Source: Candidatus Methylomirabilota bacterium (lineage in GTDB: Bacteria > Methylomirabilota > Methylomirabilia > Rokubacteriales > CSP1-6). From it: a stretch of DNA of 60,627 bases. Of this stretch, positions 59,774 through 60,627 are shown piece by piece. The stretch covers positions 1 through 60,627 of the forward strand of contig JBKOUQ010000037.1 of the NCBI GenBank assembly GCA_046723475.1. The letters run 5' to 3'. Under the pieces are notes generated by a model. The model was given only the letters and a program-made list of their open reading frames with translations. It did no database searches and had not been told where the DNA came from. The position numbers were made by a program, and so were the translations under genes. How positions within the stretch are numbered: position 1 is the first letter of the stretch; each line of letters opens with the position of its first letter.

Positions 59774-60627
59774 ATGAACGTCGCGGGCCGGCTCGTCGAG
59801 ATCCTGCGCGCGGCCGGGATCGATTACCTCTTCGGCAACCCCGGCACGACGGAGCTGCCATTCCTCGACGCGCTCGACGGCTCCGGACTGGCCTATGTCG
59901 TCGCGCTGCAGGAAGCCACGGCCGCGGCCGCCGCCGATGGCTACGCGCAGGCCTCCGGACGGCTCGGCGTCGTCAATCTTCACGTCGCACCCGGGCTGGC
60001 GAATGCGCTCTCGATCGTGCACAACGCGTCGCGAGCAAAGACGCCGCTGCTCGTGACCGCGGGGCAGCAGGACACGCGATTGCTGCTCGACAATCCGATC
60101 CTCGCTGGCGACATGGTCAAGATGACCGAGGGGCTGACGAAATGGTCGTACGAGCTGCGGAACGCGGACGAAGCGCCCGGCGCGCTGCGCCGCGCGATCG
60201 CGCTTGCGCAGACGCCGCCAACCGGGCCCGTGTTCCTGTCGCTGCCGATGAACCTGATGACGGAGGCGTGCGACGATGCGGGCGGCGCATCCGACCGCAT
60301 CGCGGCGCACCCGATGCCCGAGGCGGACGCCATCGCGCGCGCGGCGGAGGTGCTGGCGCGGGCGAAGGCGCCCGGCATCGTCGCTGGTGACGGGATCGCG
60401 CGCGCGGGAGCGCAGGCGGCGCTCCAGAATCTCGCGGAAACGCTCGGGGCCGGGGTCCACGGCGAGCCGATCCACCGGCGGCTGTCGTTTCCCGGCGACC
60501 ATCCACTCTGGCGCGGCGGTCTCTATCCGACGGCCACCGCCACCGCGCGCGCGCTCGACCGGTTCGACACGATCCTCGTCGCCGGAGCCAGCGTTTTCAC
60601 CTGGCTGTTCCACGCCCCGGGCTCGCC
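59774..60627 (+). CDS. Thiamine pyrophosphate-binding enzyme (benzoylformate decarboxylase-like), 3'-partial; absent from the ORF track
   Basis: Hand translation: MNVAGRLVEILRAAGIDYLFGNPGTTELPFLDAL...LQEA...ADGYAQASG...NLHVAPGLAN; open to the window end. Confidence 0.9.
   Translation, partial: MNVAGRLVEILRAAGIDYLFGNPGTTELPFLDALDGSGLAYVVALQEATAAAAADGYAQASGRLGVVNLHVAPGLANALSIVHNASRAKTPLLVTAGQQDTRLLLDNPILAGDMVKMTEGLTKWSYELRNADEAPGALRRAIALAQTPPTGPVFLSLPMNLMTEACDDAGGASDRIAAHPMPEADAIARAAEVLARAKAPGIVAGDGIARAGAQAALQNLAETLGAGVHGEPIHRRLSFPGDHPLWRGGLYPTATATARALDRFDTILVAGASVFTWLFHAPGS

Overview
A very GC-rich, gene-dense chromosomal window of mostly core genes. Gene order, the zinc-ribbon/cyclase/AAA/TPR protein and a G/C-run palindromic element suggest Ca. 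Rokubacteria (Methylomirabilota); this is inference. Contents in order: 3' part of an ActF-like gene, moeA, cpoB/ybgF, dprA-topA-xerC, an inserted beta-helix gene, hslVU-argBDFG-comB, pgsA-plsY-gpsA-galT, tRNA-Gly/Cys/Leu split by accessory genes, lgt, rtcB, a radical SAM protein, moaA, a chlorite dismutase/HemQ family gene, a class III cyclase-ATPase, DinB, gltBD with a divergent LysR, a CBS protein, korAB, glcDEF-cupin-lutABC, DUF2203-HAD-trxB, two lipoproteins, a methyltransferase, nadX, TIGR02757-rmuC, a GroES-like orphan, an M20 peptidase, a MEMO-family gene, DUF1285 and a partial ThDP enzyme. I saw no CRISPR array, prophage, transposase or obvious defence system, and I cannot claim a large new multi-gene system. 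The best leads are small: (1) a 59-aa zinc-ribbon gene missed by the ORF track whose 3' end is triplicated with codon-synonymous variation next to tRNA-Gly; (2) a His-laddered 5/15-residue repeat lipoprotein; (3) a divergent orphan GroES-like protein heading a putative operon with an RRE-like MEMO protein; (4) two interleaved perfect stems (H-type pseudoknot geometry) upstream of tRNA-Cys; (5) a 92-bp duplication that breaks the coupled glcF start; (6) recurrent micro-duplications at gene boundaries; (7) a strong leaderless-promoter signature. Start codons were adjusted by eye from the ORF track, and family calls come from motif recognition, not database searches.
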